Of a DNA stretch of 64,000 nucleotides, positions 41,108 through 55,941 are shown piece after piece (positions within the stretch are counted from its first letter, which is position 1; every line of letters begins with the position of its first letter). The notes under the pieces are model-generated. The model was not told the origin of the DNA. It was given only the letters and a program-made list of their open reading frames with translations, and did no database searches. The DNA is from Octopus vulgaris (lineage: Eukaryota): positions 91,264,001-91,328,000 of the forward strand of contig OX597817.1 in NCBI GenBank assembly GCA_951406725.2. Direction: 5' to 3'. The translations under genes were made by a program, and so were the position numbers.

Positions 41108-41804
41108 CAGGGTGGCCATAAAGCCACACACCATCCTGCAATATGTGAAATTGCTAATATTCTCTTTTTTATTTCTTTTCACAACTGCTGATATTACTCA
41201 TAAACCAATCCTCATTGGATGGAGGCAGATAATCAATAAGGTGGGGGCAAGTTAATGGTGTGGTGTGGGATTTGTCACAATCAAGTAATTGGACCATTTT
41301 ATTTTGAGAGCTCTGTGACAGGTGATTCGTATTTGGACATGCTTGGCAACAATATGATGCCTTACGTGCATTCGCTTGGAAGGGGAAATCTTGTCTGGTT
41401 TCAGCAGGATGGAGCTCCACCCAGCTATGCATTACAAGCTTGTGATTTTCTGAATGAATATTTTCTAGGGAGATGACTTAGGTGTCACAGGCCCAACTGA
41501 GTGGGCACCATAGTCACCAGATTTAACTGCCCTGGACTTTCTCTTCTAGGGCTACATTAAATCCCTTGTGCATTCTGAAAAGATTCGTGACCAAGAACAT
41601 CTTCAAAAAATTGTTGAAGCATGTGAACTAATCAATGGCAATGAAGAGCTATTTGAGAAAGTTCATCACAATTTCAAATTCCATATAAACACTTGTTTAG
41701 AGATACATAACTAACACTTTGAACATTTGTAATGGATCACCTACTCCATTGCTAATGAAGCATACTTGATATCTCCCATGGTGCATGACTTTGTGGCCAC
41801 CCTG
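41108..41804 (+). mobile_element. Internally deleted Tc1-like transposon nested in a SINE
   Basis: TA-cagggtggcca.aaag...ctttgtggccaccctg-TA; MVWCGI..IGPFYFE..VTG..YL.ML..WFQQDGAP, SPDL..LDF; SINE halves at 40985-41107 and 41805-41890 rejoin. Confidence 0.9.
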
Positions 41805-41901
41805 TATTGGTCTCTTTTGCTGAACCATTTACTTATGGGGCCGTAAACACACCAACACCAGTTGTCAAGCAGTAATTAGGGGACAAACACAAATACAAAG
41901 G

Positions 41902-41934
<33 letters not shown>

Positions 41935-42003
41935 CTGTATACATACATACATACATACATACATACATACATACATACATACATACATACATACATACAT
42001 ACA

Positions 42004-42039
<36 letters not shown>

Positions 42040-42049
42040 TACATACATA

Positions 42050-42950
42050 CAGGGTGTGATGGGTAAATTGTCGCTATTTTATATTTTTAATTTCATGCAT
42101 GTGCATTGTTTGAGTTTGATTTTGTTGACTACACAATGCAGTAGGGTCAATTGGGCACCATCTGTGAGAAAAACAGCACCACGATACAATTCACTCTGCC
42201 AGAAATTTGGGAACAACATACTGTACTGCTTGGCATTTGGCCCACAAGCTCTGATACAAACACCTCAGAGTGTTTAGGTGTGAATCTAAGGACAGTGAAA
42301 TCTGAGGACATGTACTGAGAGTGATAAAAATCAAACATCCAGTCAACATATTCGTGTTTGGAGTGATCACTCATGATGGCGATGTTATGCCTCCATTCAT
42401 CTTGCCACACAGCCTCAGACTCAACACAGAAGCCTATACCAAGTGCCTGGAGGAGGTAGTGTTGCTCTGGGTCAAGAGGGTGGCTGTTGGAAGACTCTAT
42501 GTCTGGCAAAAGGACTCTGTGCAATGCCACACAAGCAAGTGAACCTGGTCAAGGTTGTCAGACAATTTCTGTGACCTAACATCTGGCCACCTAACTTCTC
42601 AGACTGCAACTTTGTTCATTATTATGTCTGACGTGCAGTTGAGTAAGAAACCAACAAAACTCTTTGTATCTCCAAAGATAAACTGAAGGCAAGGATTAGG
42701 GCTGCATTCACCAACTTAAACAAGACCATCAAGAAGAGTTGCAGGAGATTCCGAAGTCGTCTGGAGGCCATAGTTGAATCCAATGGCGATTTTATTGAAT
42801 TAATTTACTGTTCAGTACTTCAAGATATTTTTCTGTAATTTGATAAATATATCTGTTAAAATGAGATGTCAGTGTTATTTTCCTTTTTGTGTAATTTAGA
42901 CAATAATTTATTCACTGTAATTTAGACAACAATTTATTCACTGCACCCTG
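42050..42950 (+). mobile_element. Internally deleted Tc1/mariner (maT/DD37D-like) element
   Basis: cagggtgtga..ctgcaccctg TIRs; KHPVNIFVFGVITHDGDVMPPFI..YVWQKDSVQCHTSK. Confidence 0.85.
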
Positions 42951-44451
42951 CATCATCATCATCATCATCATCATCATCATTTAATGTCCATCATTCATGC
43001 TGGCATGGGTTGGACAGTTTGACTGGGCTGGCATGCTGGAAAGCTGCACCAGACTCCAGTCTGATTTGGCATGGTTTTCTACAGCTGGATGTCCACCCTA
43101 CATCAACCACTCTGAGAGTGTAATTTTACATGACACCAGTACGTGTGCCATTTGTATGAGACCAGGGTTCGTTTACATGCCACCAGCATTGGTGCCAATT
43201 TGCATGACACCGGTATCTGCCACGACTACTATTTTGTTCAACTTCTCAAGTACAACATAATGCCAAAGGTTTTGGTCATTACCTCCGTGAGGTCCAACAC
43301 TCAAAAAGAACTCAGCCACTTAGCCTCTGTGAGGCCCAATGCTTGAAAAGAACTCAGCTACTTTGCCTCTGTGAGGCCCAACATTCAAAAGATATTCCTT
43401 ATGTGCCACCAGCACAATATATATATATATATATGACAAACTTTAAGTTTCCATCTACCAAATCTACTCACAAGGCTTTGGTCAGCCTGAGGCTATAGCA
43501 GAAGACACCTGTTCAAGGTGTCATACAGTGGAAATGAACCTGGAACCATGAGGTTGGGAAGAAGGTGAGAGACCATCTCACAGAGCAAAGTGACATGGCT
43601 TTCTATGGACTGTTGGATGACTCTAGTATAGTGTTGAGTTCACTAACTTTTTATAAACATAAGCAAATTTTCTAGAACTGATGGGAAAACTTACATACTT
43701 CCTTTGAAGTTCACCACATCAACCATAACAAGTTAGCTAATGCTAATTAGTTGAGTCATATTTATGCAGTCATTAATGCCTTTAATGGTGATGGAATTAA
43801 TTTTTCCAATTAGGCCCTTGCCTTCGTTTTAGCTTTGTAGCCTGTAGTCCTGAACTGGGGAACCTGAACACAATGGTTCAAAACTCAGGAACGGCTTTGC
43901 CACATTTGTTTTCATTAAATTAAAAATATACTTGTTCAATCTAGAATTTAAGTCCCTGGTTATAACTCTTTATACAAACTAACTAACCTCTACTTTGTCA
44001 ACAAAATTTTGTTTTAATCTTTCTTCTCCTTTATTTTTGTGCATTCCCCTTTTTTAGCATCCTCTAAATATAAAAATGTTATTTATTCATAAGCTTGAAA
44101 AAAGTATACCTCAATCTAAATCCACAATTAAAATTTTTTTCACATTTCTCTATTTAATTAAACATGTTATTACTGATTTAATTACTTAGTAATTATTAAC
44201 TTAAGATTGTTATTTCTGATTTAATAGCATAATTGTTTTGTAGTCATTACCTGAAGAAAGATTTCCCTGATTTAATAATTAAATACTTTTTATTTATTCA
44301 TTAACTTAAAAATCTAAAAGTTTCTTTGTGACTTAATGGTTCAACAATAATTAACTTTTGAATGTTCTTATTTATTTATACATTAACTTGAAAGTATGTT
44401 TAATATCTAATAAAATCTAAAACTCTTTCCTTATTTCTGTTACACACACAC

Positions 44452-44502
<51 letters not shown>

Positions 44503-45319
44503 ATATTTTCGAGCATACAAGTGAAATTTTGGGGACTAAAATTGACAGCCAAAAAAGGAAGGTTGACTTATATACCAAGACAGCTTTGGAAGACCAAATA
44601 TTCCATGTCAGATGCAGCAAGCTTTGTAAAGATAGTGATAATATTTGACTGAATGTTTACACTACATGTTTACAATATATATACTACATAAGAACTATAT
44701 GTCAGAAAATATGGTATTTATCATAGACAGTCCTTTTTTTTCAATTTCTCAGCATAGGTACTAATACATCAATATATCTCATCCTTTTTTCTCCCGCTTC
44801 CACTGCATTTCCACTTATAGCACTTATAATTATTATTATTATTATTATTAGCTGATAGACCATGTCAATGAATGACTAATCCCCAGTCCTACCCAAAACT
44901 ACCCTGCTTGATATAAGTCCTGAACTTTTCCAGATTTAACCAGACTTTGAAAAATTCTTTACAGAAGGAAACAAGACTAGTTTATAAGAGTTATTGTGTT
45001 TTTATTAAATAATATAAATATATCATTTCTGCATCTAATTATTGAATAGTTCCTCTCTCTCTCTCTTTGCTTCCCTCTTCATTGCTCTCTGTTTCCCTTT
45101 GCCCTCTACCATTTTTTCTCCCTCCTCCCACTGCCACATGACTTGTGGTCATACTCATCTCTCTTCTCCATTTCCTTTTTATGCCTGATTGCCAAGGCAA
45201 TCAGTCACATTTCTCTTGTCTTCCACTTTCAACATGGTTTGTTGTCTCACCACTGTTCTTTCCATTTCCAATCCTTTAGGACACTTTTCCTGGTGTTACC
45301 CATATATTTATCTTGTGTT

Positions 45320-45555
45320 TGAGCTACAAAGCCTTATTTTGTTTGTATAATGTATATCATCTTATTTCATTTTGTTTGTATGTTCACATTCTGTCATGTT
45401 TGTTTCTGTCTCTGTCCCTTGTCCATTTGTTATTAATTTCATCTTGAGCCACAAGGCCTTATTTTATATCATTTTGTTTCTATAATCTAAATTCGTTTCA
45501 TTTTGTTTGTATGTTCACATTCTGTCATGTTTGTCTCCATTTCTGTCCCTTGTTT
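45320..45555. repeat. ~130-bp tandem duplication within a pyrimidine-rich repeat
   Basis: ttcattttgtttgtatgttcacattctgtcatgtttgt occurs twice. Confidence 0.75.
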
Positions 45556-47668
45556 GTTAACTATTTCCCAGCAGCTTTTTGTTGCTAACGTCAACAGAGT
45601 AAACAATATTATCATTAAAGGCATGAAATTGTTATGATCCTTTGGATGATAACTGATGAGCATTTAGGAACATCATAAGCATGTATCTTCCATTTGTTCC
45701 ATTTGTTGTGCTTCTATATAATTCTTGGCATATTTAATGTAACACCACACACGTTCTTATTTTGTATCTTTTTAGTGTAATCAACACTATGGGCAGCAAC
45801 AACATGCCAAGTAAAACTCAATATATGTAGTAATGTGTCTTTGATGGATGCAACACAACTAGATGTACTATATCCCACTCATAAGGCACGGATGCAAGAT
45901 GGGTCAAAACGATCATTGTGCTGAATAAAGATTCTTGCTACATCCATCTTCTCTTTCCCTCATTCATTTTATGCACACACACACACACACAAACACAAAC
46001 ACACACACATGTGCACATACACATGATATAAACTTATATCCACACAAATATATATATGCTTTTGTGAATGTGTGTATGTGTGTGTGTGTTTATGTCTGTA
46101 AAAATATGTTTATAGCTTCCACTGTCACACATACAGATTGAGACTGTCTACTAATTTGTGTAAGTCAAAATTCTTTGCAATGGTATCTGTTAACTCCTTT
46201 CTAAGTTTACATTTTGATTTAGTGACAGTATCGCAGCATGATGAGAACATTGAAACTGAGAGATATCAAGCCTAACACTTAGGCACATAATGATAAATGT
46301 CTCGAAAATTATTATTGCTGTTGTTGTTGTTATTTAAAGAAACAAGAAATGAGTAACAAATTCAATACAAATTTAGAATTAAATATTTATACTGCCTGGA
46401 AATTTTGTAAAGTTACTTGAAGTTTCTGCCTTATGCGTTTTCATTTTTTTTTTTTTTTATTGTTCGAAGAATTTTGAAAACATTTCCAGATATTTTCTAG
46501 TAAGAACTGGGTAGAGGATAGTATGAAAGTGGAAGAAAAAAATGAGAAAAGCAGAAAAAAAAATTTACAGAAAGTGGATACTAAACAAAAATGGACAATT
46601 TGGATGGTTTTGTAGGTGTGAAGATGGTAGGGTGGGGAAGACAAGATATTTATTAGAACACAATAAATCGATCATAATGTTCTATAATTAATAATTTAAA
46701 CATTTTCAAACAAGAACTATAGAGAAATTATTGGTGATTTTAAATAGAAAATCAATCGATGTGTAATGTATTTGGTCAATGGTCAAAGGGACAGATTTAA
46801 TTTATTTATGATCTGTAGGCAGATGTCTATTTTGATTTTTGAAGAAACAAACTGAATAAAGGGTTTGAGACCTCAGAGACAAAGAAAGTTTGAAGAAAAT
46901 TAAAAAAAGCAATGAAAATCGTAGCACATATGGATGTATGGATCAGAAAGGTAATTAAGTTATTTATAGAAAATAGATAATATTTTTGATTTGATGAAAA
47001 GAAAATAGAGACCTATCAATGAGATTATCGTGCGATTGTGTAAAATAAATTTATCTGTAAGTTGTAGTGCTAAAATATTCTATAGTGTATAATAGTCCAT
47101 ATTTCAAAAGAAAAATAATTAAATAAAAACGAACTGCAAACAAACCTGATTTAATAAAAAATTTTCAAATAATTTGCTCAAAGACTGCAGAGTAATTATT
47201 TGTTGGGTTAATAGGTGTACATTCATGAGAATTTTAGACATGGTTTGTGAATGAAATCACTAAAAAGCAAAAAAATATACGTGTGTGTGTGTGCACGCGC
47301 ACGCGTGTGCATGTGGTAGGGGTTAAGTACTTAATACAAAAGTAGATTGTAAATATATATATTCTTGTTACATGACCAGTGATATTCAGGAAACTTTTAG
47401 TAGTAACAGAGAGTAATCAAAGTAGAACAGTTTATATATATATTTATTATTTATCATTTAAACAGTTTGATTCAGTTCCAAGTGACTTAAAGTTTTGCAG
47501 GTCTTTAACAGAAGCCTGTCTCTTTCAGGATACACTCATTTGTTTTAAGAAAAGTACTTAATACCATGACTGAATGAAGTAACTTATTTTGGTTGATCCA
47601 GTAGCCTGTTACTCCAAGGTTTATTTAATGTATAGTCAGCTCCTCAAATTGATAAAGCAGCTACTTAC

Positions 47669-47701
47669 CATTGAAAAATCTTTTGCTGCAATGGCAGATG
47701 G
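47669..47701 (-). other. Candidate 33-nt microexon of an unidentified host gene
   Basis: Minus strand ...ctcatatgttttcag|CCATCTGCCATTGCAGCAAAAGATTTTTCAATG|gtaagtag; canonical splice sites, length divisible by 3, open in all frames. Confidence 0.35.
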
Positions 47702-48516
47702 CTGAAAACATATGAGTGGTTGGACAGTAAGAAGATAAAGGCTAATAATTATTTGATCTTCAGTTGTACAAACAAGCACATCTATGCACAAACACAAGCC
47801 TTTAGCCACGGTCAGCAGAAAAGCATAAGATGAATACACAGAAAAGTTGAAAGGGAGAATTTGTAAATAGTTGTTTGTACATCACACATTCATACATATG
47901 TGTACACAAAGGCCTCTAGTAAATAGAGATGATAGAAAGAAAAAACTAGGGAGAAGAGAGAGGAAGGCTTAGATATCATTGATCAACCCTTAAACAAATG
48001 CACACACATATATTAGTCTTAAGACAGCTGAGAATTTGAAGAATAGAAAAAATATAAAGAAAAATTAAAAGACAGAAAAGAGTACACATGAAGTGTGGAA
48101 TTATAAAATGATGCCAAATCCATTAGATTTGATATTCTTTGGAATATTTGTACCAATGACTTTAAGATGCATTTCTCAGTATATAAACCATCGTTTCGAA
48201 AAATGTAGGTACCCTATGACTATAGCTGAGACCACTCACACTCACCCCCCATGATGTCAACCACACTCCACTGTCTCATCAGTACCTGCCCCACTACTAA
48301 CCATCTTCCTTTCTTTACCCACTTACCATTCCTCCATGTTGCTTTTCCAGGGAACAATTCTACAACACTCCTCTCAATCTGGCACCATCATTTCCTATCT
48401 CTTATCAACCTCTACCCTCCTTTAAATGTATCTGCAATCTGCATAACTTACCAGCCCATAGCTTCACTCTAACCCTCCCGTACACATCTATCCAGGATAC
48501 ATATGCATGAATGTAC

Positions 48517-48547
<31 letters not shown>

Positions 48548-49054
48548 TGTATGTATGTATGTATGTATGTATGTATGTGTGTATGTATGTATGAATGTAT
48601 GTATGTGTGCATGTATGTGTGCACATATATATGTCAGATCACTCTTGATGCTTATGGTAACATGTAAATCCATTACAACCTGTTGCATGGTTGGGTTGTT
48701 GGCAACTAAACTGGCAACCCTGCTAAGCTTGTTAAGGTGGGTGGTTTTCATTGGATACCTTGCAGGCAAAAAGAACAAAAAGTCTTGCCTTGTCTTTGCT
48801 TTGACATCTTTCTAGTAGGAAATTCTGAAATAACACCCACCTCATTGTGAAGCTGAAGATCATACATTTGCTCCTTTCTGAACTATTTGAGCTTCGTAGG
48901 TAAGAGTCTTAGTGATGTTGTACAAGCTGTTATTGACTTCAAATTTCAAGACAATATTCAACACCATGGCTGTCAAGTAGCCATTGTCGTTAATGTTTAG
49001 TATAAGGTAATTTGTCAGTGACAATCATACTCATCTAAAAGTTGGCAATCACCA

Positions 49055-49108
<54 letters not shown>

Positions 49109-49179
49109 TGTGTGTGTGTCCATATAGATAGAGATAATGAGAAAGAGAGGGATATGTATATTCTTTTTTTCCTTTATGC

Positions 49180-50035
49180 CTTTCAGCCCAAAAGTTGTGG
49201 CCATGCTGGCATACCACCAGTATTATCACCAATCAATGGCCATTCTTCTGTGACTAGCTTTTGGTAAAGGAGGGAGTTTGATATTACCTTCCTTTGAGTT
49301 TCTTGCCATGATGTTGGTTCATCTGGGACCTTGGATAGCAGGAGGCCAAGCTGTTTCTTGAAAATATCTACTTCTATTCCACATAGATTTCTCAGAAGTC
49401 TTGACAAAATATTAAATTACTGTGGGCCTTTGAATTTCAAGTTATTGCAGTACATGGTCCTCATTCTGGACAGGATGGGTTGGACCTTTGGAACAGTGCA
49501 ATGATGTGCAGTTCAAGGGCTGGTATATTTCTTGATGTCAAACTTTAGTGCTAACTCCTCGAGGATCTTCCATACATATATCACTGCATATCTCTCTCAA
49601 GATCACTCTAAGAAGTAGAATCATACCATTTGCCTGCCCATTGTCATCATCTGCGTGATATGTGAAATTAGGTGTTGTTGCTCAGATCAATACCTAGATC
49701 ATGCACTGTGCTTGACTCTGGGATTGCTGCTCCTTTTGATCCAAAGTATCTTAATTGTAGCATGTTAGCTCAAGTGGGATGATAGTGGGGTGCTATTACT
49801 GCCTCATTGGTTGTCATAACTTGGCTTCTGACTTTTCAGTAGTCATGTAACCACTCTCCCAGTTTTCTTACTATGCTGAGTCTCTTTAACTTGTAACATA
49901 ACATCCCATGACGAACCTTATCAAATGCCTTTGCAAAATTGGGATATATCACATCTACATTTGAGCAATTCATTAGTTGTTTCAACACCCAGTCATAATG
50001 CTGTAGAATTTGTTTGAGATCTTTTCTTGTCATCT
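49180..50035 (-). mobile_element. CR1-like LINE RT/3' remnant
   Basis: DVIYPNFAKAFDKVRHGML..KL...I...L.EWL; LRNLCGIEVDIFKKQL.LLLSKVPDEP. Confidence 0.75.
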
Positions 50036-52834
50036 CCTTATCCCTGAGAATTATGTTTTTTCTGTTGGTTCAACATTCTATCTGGAGCAAACTTACTGCA
50101 AATTTTGTTCTGTGACCTCTTTCTGATTACATTTCCAATTAGCTTTATAAAAACTGAGGCAGAAAAAGAGTTGGGTGCTTCTGGTAACCTGAAGATATGC
50201 AGGCTACTAGAAGTATACATTGTTAATTGTACTAAGTTATGGTCCTAGAAAATGGTCGATGTTACCTTAACATTATGGATGAGCTCCATGTTATTTATGA
50301 AGCAGAGGTCCAAAACATTTTTCACCCTTTGTTAGTAGAGCACTATTTTCTCCATTGTTATGTCCCCCATTATAATAATGTATTTTGTTGTCTCTGTGGA
50401 GCTGCATACCTCGCTGACTATATTTCTTTATTGGCCACCGGAGCCCTAAACAGAAGGGACAAATAAGGACAGACAACATAAATACAAAGTGGGGACATAA
50501 ACCACAGACATGAATGAAAATGGAAATATAATATAATGAAGATGCAATGGCTACTCGAGCCCCACTCTCAAGTAGTATCATTTAACTGGGCATTTTTTCC
50601 CAATGTTTATCGGTTTTAAAATCAAATGAAAACACTTACATTACCACTGGGTGGTATATTACTTTTCACCATGTGTGGTTCAATTCTATGTTAACGTTTT
50701 TTTTTCTCTTCAGAATCTTTTTTTGCTTTATATATTTTTCACTGTGTGTATATTACTTTTTACTGTGTGAAGTTCAATTCTGTGTTAGAGTTCGAATCCT
50801 TCAAACTTTCCTTCATTGTTCTTGAATGTAGGTCTTCCATTTCAACATTCCTACAATCGTTCATAAACTGGTTACCACTGTTATAACAACATTGTTATAC
50901 AGTGGGAGGCATCCTTATCACCACTGTTATGTCCCGTTACTACACATCAGTGGCTGGTGGGCTATGAATCCTCATCGCCACTGTTATGTCCTGCATTATG
51001 ACAATGTATTTCATCATCTCTGTGGGACTGGCCTGAACAGTGTATCTCACTGAATGACATTACTGACTGTGTCAGTCCACTATTTATTAGTAGTGGACCA
51101 GCCTACTTCTCACTTGGGGGCGTCCAACATAACATCCATGAAGAGCATGTTTGTGAGGTCAAATTCTGTTTGCTTCTGCTTATGCAGTAACATACCTGAG
51201 AGAAGGTGGTCCTCAGGTCATTCAACATTAGGGAGATTTTAAGTCTCCTAGAAGAAGTAGTTAAAAGTTATCACTGAAGCTGGTTAATACTTCCATATTT
51301 CTGAGGCTCTCTTCGAATGATTTGGAGCATTTCGTGGGTGGTAAGTAGTGCATATTACCATTTTGATCTGTTTAATATCTAAGGGGGTGGGGAGGCACAT
51401 GGCTTAGTGGTTAGAGTATTTGGCTTATGAACTAACCTTCATGACTCTGATTGCTGACTTGCACATTGTGTCCTTCAGCAAGGCCCTTTATATCATGTTG
51501 CTCCAATCCACTTAGATTGCCAAAATGAGTAGTACCTGTAATTCAAAATGCCAGCCTTGTCAAATTCTGTGTCGCACTGAATCTCCCAGAGAGCTACATT
51601 AGAGGTACACGTGTCTGTGGAGTTCTCAGCCACTTGCATCTTTATTTCATGAGCAGGCTGTTCCATTGTAACTGACAGAGTACCAGTTTTATACATTCAT
51701 ATTTATGTGTGTGTGTGTGTGTGTGTGTGTGAGGCTCACAATCATAAGGAAGTGAGTTCAATTTTTGAAACGAGCTATGTATTGTGTTCTTGAGAAAGAC
51801 GCTTTACTTAAGTTTGCTCCAGTTCACTCAGCTGTAGGAAATTAGTTGCAACATCACTGACGCCAAGCTGTATCAGCCTTTACTTTTTCTTCGGATAACA
51901 ATGGTGGTGGAAAGGGGAGGCTGGTTGAGGGTAACTTTCAAGGTGCAACCCATGGTTATTCATGACTAGAGGAAGTCTTTACTATTTTTACCCCTTATAG
52001 TTAGGTAGATAGATGTAAATACACACACACACACATGTACATGTATGTATGCATATGTGTGTTTGTCTGAGTGTGTGTGTGTTTGTTTGCATTTCTTGCT
52101 TCTATGACAGTAGTGACATTTAAGAATGTTGTTGCTATCAATCATTTTCTCAACAAATTGTTCGTTTACTTATGCCTACAAAGCCATGTGGAATAATAGA
52201 TTTGTTGCTTGAAAAATAGGTAGGAAGGGTATCTTGTTGTAAAACAATACCTGAAATAAATATTCATCTAACTCATTCTAGCATGAGAAAAAAAAGTTGA
52301 TGTAAAAATAAACAAAATTTAGTTTGTATTTATATTACTTTTTATATCTGTGTGTCTTTCCAACTGGCCATCTTTCTGTCTACATTGTCTAGTTAGCCAA
52401 TTCCCACCCTTTCTTTCACCTTTATTTCTCCAAAGCCACCACCACCACCATCAACAACAACAACAACAACTCAACCACAACCCCACCACCACCACCATCA
52501 GTACCAACACAAAAGAAAAAATAAATACAAAATACATAAAGCAAAATTTAATTAACTGCAAATTCTTCAAAAGAATATTTCCAGACGCTGTTCCCTTCTT
52601 TTGGTTTATTTTGGTGATACTTCAAAAGTTTTTTCCAGGGGTGGATAGGGAAGGGGATGGAGGGCTTACTTCTTATTGTTGTTCAAGTTTTCTTGTCTTT
52701 TCAACATTGTTTCCAATTTGTTTCAAAATCTTATTTAAACCAAACTTAAAATGTCACCACTCTCTTCAAATAAAGAATTTGTGAAGAAAATATCTCCACC
52801 CTCCTACACCAAGAATGGCTTTCTGCTGTGCTTG

Positions 52835-53013
<179 letters not shown>

Positions 53014-54148
53014 AAATGATCTTTAACTATGAAGTGATGCAGTAAAAACATAGTCCCTGCTTTTAAGTCCAAGGAAATGACAACCAATTACTGAGACTTT
53101 ACAACGTTGATCAACCTGCTGGAAATAGCTGACAAAACTCCCTCAATCACATCTGCACTGCTCTAAATAAAGTACTGCATACATTAGATAATGTAGTTCC
53201 CCACATACCACTGAAAAGCGACTGGTTGGTCATGGTAGGAATGCCTTTCATCATAGTTCTGTGACATTGGGACTAACCTAGTACTAAACAATATCACCAT
53301 TGTTAAGATGTCACATTGTGATTTAAGGGAGATTTAGTTGCCGTTTCTAGCAGGCTCAGCAACTGCATAAATGTTATCTTTGTCTTGAAAACAGGAAAGA
53401 CTCAGTGGATAAAGTAATCCAAGGTATGCAAAAGAATGGTCATGGGTGAGATACTTCTAGCTACTTGCCTGCTAGATGAGAACTGGACCAAAGGCTGGAA
53501 CACCAAAGCATTGCAATCATGAAAGACTGAAGCCTTTGTCAAATTCACAAACTGTATTCTTACTCTTTACACCTATGTGATCTGTAGAGTGCACATGAAT
53601 TTACAGACACACACATGCACACACACACACATTCTCTACATTTTCCATCTAGCAATACTATTCACAATGCATTGCTTCGCCTTGGGCTATAGTAGAAGGT
53701 ATTTGCTCACACAACTGTGCAATATATATGCAAATGTGTGTGTGTATGTGCATACTCACATATGTGCACAGAAACACACACAGAGATATTTATGTATACC
53801 CTATATTATATAAACTCTTATTAAAAATTTTGAGAAACTTGAAACAATTTATTTTATTCTTTTTAATAGTGGAACTCAAAGTAGACATTTGGATGGAAAG
53901 TAGTAACATTTGACTTTTCCCATCCAAGAGGTTTTTTAATCCAATTTCTTAACTCTATTATTTAAAGATTTATCTAAAGTGGACAAGCTGGTAGAACTGT
54001 AGGTAAATGCTGAGTGGCATTTTGTCCATCTTTAAGTTCTGAGTTCAAATTCTGCTGAGGTCAACTTTGGCTTTCATGCTGTTGGAGTTGATATAAGTTC
54101 CAGCTGGGCACTGAGGTTGATGTAATCAACTAACTTTATAAATATATA

Positions 54149-54187
<39 letters not shown>

Positions 54188-54348
54188 TGGTTGTATACTG
54201 TCAACATAACGTGACAGTCCCTTAAGGGAATTACACCACCGCTGTTTAGCCCTAGGAAGCATCGACGCTTCCTTTCGGCTTTGACACAATTCCTGTGTCC
54301 TTATATTTGTGAAGGGGAGGCAAGCACCCCCACCAGCTAGGATTAACA

Positions 54349-54395
54349 CCTGAGAACATGCATGTTTCGGGGTCTTAACCCGTCATCAGCCCAGG
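54349..54395 (-). ncRNA. Type I minimal hammerhead ribozyme
   Basis: CCUGGG-CUGAUGA-C-GGGU uaag ACCC-C-GAAA-CAUGCAUG-UU-CUCAGG; palindromic stem III ACAUGCAUGU; GUU cleavage triplet. Confidence 0.75.
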
Positions 54396-54598
54396 ACAGT
54401 GAGATCTGCTGATTGAAATCTTTATTATAGGCACAATGGCCCGAATGAAGAGGGGACATAACAATACAATACAGGACATGGGGTACATATAACAAAAATA
54501 CAGAAAGGATGATATGAAATGAAATATTAATAATGAATTAAATGAAATGGCTTACGAGCCCCCCAAAGCTCGCAGTTACATTTACAATTACAATTGTA

Positions 54599-55607
54599 CT
54601 ATCTGGGGCGTTCGTCAGTAATGTAAGTGAGTAATTCATCCTGTTCTATAACGCCAGGCAAACTGTCATATTGAACGTAGTGCGCTATGCACACAGCTAT
54701 ATTTGAAAACAAATTTATTAATTTATTTACCATATCTTTATCCACAATTGCAGCCCATATTTGGTTATCGTATATCTTCGGGTTCAATTTCACTCTCGTT
54801 AGATTTTTCATTATCGCTAATTTTTTCTCAATTTCTTTATCCTTTTTGTACAACATTACAGCTCTGAGATTCTTTCCTTTTGGTCTTCCTCCTTCCTTGC
54901 ATGTTTTCAGACATTCTTCCACTTTTGTTGACCATTTATTCGTTTCCTCACACGTTGAACCTTCACTCACTTTCGTTGCTGTATCTCTCCCTTCGTGTGT
55001 TCGATCCTCTGTCTTGTCGGCAGACTTCTTTTTAGTTTTTTTCTTTTTTTGGTCTTTGGGTGGTGATTCCACCCATGTTTGCTTTCTATCCTCTTTTTCT
55101 TCTGTTCTTTCCTTTTCTTTCTCCTTCACCAACTCGTCGCCACTTTCCACATTATCTGTTATCACGATTTCCTCTTCCGCTTGCAATTCCACATTCTCCT
55201 TTTCTAACTCCTCTGTCAAAGCCTCCATTCCTTCCTCCAGTGTTATCATCTTCTCTTGTATTTCTCTTTGAGGACACACATCCTTCATGTGCCCTCTGCT
55301 CCTACATTTATAACACACTGGAGGTTTCCCCTCCACCACGACTCTCAGTCGTGTCTCATCGGGGAACACCAACTCCTCCAAGATGTTATACAAATCTGGC
55401 ATGGTTATGTGGACTGAAGCTTGCACCGCATAACCCCACCAGTTTATTTCTTTCGACTTTTACACCTTAAGAATGTCCATGCTCTCTTTACAGTTGTAGA
55501 TTATTGCAGCTACTATTCTTTCGGTATCAAGTTCCGGTGGGATTTTGCTTATCCGTATTCTCACAGCTCTTTTTCCACAATAACTAGGAAGTAAACCCAT
55601 TTTTCCG
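54599..55607 (-). pseudogene. L1/Tx1-type ORF1 (gag-like, single CCHC zinc knuckle), 5'-truncated, one in-frame stop at 55460-55462
   Basis: LPSYCGKRAVRIRISKIPPE...LRVVVEGKPPVCYKCRSRGHMKDVC (CX2CX4HX4C) followed by a charged tail; stop, then ~180-nt 3' UTR with AATAAA and no ORF2. Confidence 0.75.
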
Positions 55608-55894
55608 AGTGAGATCTGCTGATTGAAATCTTTATTATAGGCACAATGGTCCGAATGAAGAGGGGACATAACAATACAATACAGGACATGGGGTACATAT
55701 AACAAAACTACAGAAAGGATGGTATGAAGTGAAATATTAATAATGAATTAAATGAAATGGCTTACAAGCCCCCCAAAGCTTGCAGTTTCATTTACAATTA
55801 CAATTGTACTATCTGGGGCGTTCGTCAGTAATGTGAGTAATTCATCCTGTTCTATAACGCTGGGCAAACTGTCATATTGAACGTAGGATTCACA

Positions 55895-55941
55895 CTTGAG
55901 AACATGCATGTTTCTGGGTCTTAACCCATCATCAGCCCAGG
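55895..55941 (-). ncRNA. Type I minimal hammerhead ribozyme, second copy
   Basis: CCUGGG-CUGAUGA-UGGGU uaag ACCCA-GAAA-CAUGCAUG-UU-CUCAAG. Confidence 0.75.

Noticed and set aside
50630-51030. Short spaced direct repeats (ccactgttatgtcc; ttcaattct.tgtta), superficially CRISPR-like
   Set aside because: Irregular, degenerate units in eukaryotic repeat DNA with no cas genes; minisatellite-like.
54687-55470. Plus-strand ORFs of 194 aa and 136 aa
   Set aside because: Antisense shadows of the purine-rich ORF1.
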